A stretch of 64,000 nt of DNA, from contig CAVCMI010000037.1 in the NCBI GenBank assembly GCA_963603365.1, forward strand, positions 3,552-67,551, given 5' to 3'. The notes beneath the pieces were generated by a model that saw nothing but the letters and a program-made list of their open reading frames with translations, ran no database searches and was not told the origin of the DNA. Positions 63,214 through 64,000 of this stretch are shown here, in pieces. Numbering within the stretch: the stretch's first letter is position 1; each line of letters begins with the position of its first letter. The stretch is from Oscillospiraceae bacterium (GTDB taxonomy: Bacteria; Bacteroidota; Bacteroidia; Bacteroidales; WCHB1-69). A program made the translations under genes and the position numbers.

Positions 63214-64000
63214 ATGACAACGACAGAACAGATAAAAGAACTCCATAACAGGCTCGGTGAGCTAAGGAGGTATCTTTGACATTGACGCGAAGATTTCAGA
63301 AATAGAGGAAAAAGAAAAGGTAACGCAAACGGACGGCTTCTGGAACGACCCCAAGGAGGCGGAAAAGACGATGCGCGAAATCAGTGCAGTCAAGAATTGG
63401 GTGTCTGACTACGAGAAAGCCCGGGAACTCTGCGAGGAATTGTCCGTGCTCAACGAATTCTACGGAGAAGGACAAGCCACTGAAGAGGAACTGGACGCTT
63501 CTTACGCTGCAGCGCTGGACGCAACCGAAAAGCTGGAGTTCCGCAACATGATGCGTGCCGAAGAGGATTCGCTTAACGTAATCGTGAACATCAACTCCGG
63601 CGCCGGCGGCACCGAAAGCTGCGACTGGGCCGAGATGCTGCTTCGCATGTACACGCGCTGGGCCGAACGCAACAGCTATTCTGTGAAACTGCTTGACCGT
63701 CAGGAGGGCGATGTCGTGGGCATCAAGTCGGCCTCCATCGAACTTGACGGCCCCTTTGCCTACGGCTATCTCAAAAGCGAAATCGGCGTGCACCGGCTTG
63801 TGCGCCTCTCTCCGTTCGATTCTGCAAACCGCCGCCACACAACGTTCGCCTCCGTGTTCGCCTATCCTGTCATCAACGACGACATAGTCATCGATATCAA
63901 CCCCGCCGACATCAGCTGGGACACCTACCGTTCGAGCGGACACGGCGGCCAGAACGTCAACAAGGTGGAAACCGCCGTGCGCCTTCACCATCATCCCTCG
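63214..64000 (+). CDS. prfB: Peptide chain release factor 2, made by a programmed +1 frameshift (frame 0 is 63214-63276, the +1 frame runs from 63278; the 3' end runs off the window)
   Basis: Frame 0 reads MTTTEQIKELHNRLGELRRYL followed by TGA. After skipping T63277 the reading continues DIDAKISEIEEKEK...RLSPFDS (RF2-specific SPF) ...SGHGGQNVNK (GGQ), and stays open to 64000. It is not in the ORF track. Confidence 0.9.
63265..63280 (+). promoter_or_regulatory. RF2 autoregulatory +1 frameshift site
   Basis: AGGAGG TAT CTT TGA C: an SD-like stimulator, a 3-nt spacer, the slippery CTT and an in-frame TGA followed by C. Confidence 0.8.

Noticed and set aside
1-64000. CRISPR arrays, rRNA or tRNA genes, IS elements, integrases and prophage genes.
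   Set aside because: Visual scanning found no regularly spaced direct repeats, no tRNA T-arm/acceptor patterns in the intergenic regions, and no transposase- or integrase-like ORFs. A tRNAscan/Infernal run would be needed to be definitive.

Overview
This is a chromosomal segment from a Bacteroidota (Bacteroidales-like) genome. The taxon call rests on T9SS C-terminal sorting domains, PorV/GldH-like genes, TAnnTTTG -7 promoter boxes and A-rich leaders without Shine-Dalgarno sequences. Most of the window is housekeeping: an ABC-2/HlyD exporter operon, gcvT, a K+/H+ antiporter, aroE, RNase R, apbE, mnmA, a CCA-adding enzyme, aroC, lpxC/lpxD, korAB, rnhA, ygiQ, rocD, deoC, HU, RNase G, recX and prfB. 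The stand-out is an accessory island between apbE (ends 23669) and mnmA (starts 38348) that looks more A/T-rich by eye. It holds a tightly packed minus-strand operon of eight ORFs (34200 down to 23852). The first three products form a DUF4007-like / large P-loop ATPase / PP-loop PAPS-reductase trio, the signature of SspBCD-type DNA phosphorothioation. No SspE-type partner follows. Instead there is a PLD-nuclease/SF2-helicase fusion, a 76-aa protein, an SMC/DndD-like ATPase cut by an in-frame TAA, and a 194-aa protein. No cysteine desulfurase, DNA methyltransferase, integrase or tRNA is visible. I read this as a phosphorothioation-based defence system with an unusual, possibly undescribed and possibly partly decayed, restriction module. 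Three features are missing from the ORF track: a 5'-truncated surface-protein gene at 1..2043, a 29-aa bS22-like basic peptide gene, and prfB with its programmed +1 frameshift (CTT TGA C preceded by AGGAGG). Many long ORFs in the track are antisense shadows of real genes. I found no CRISPR array, rRNA, tRNA or transposase.
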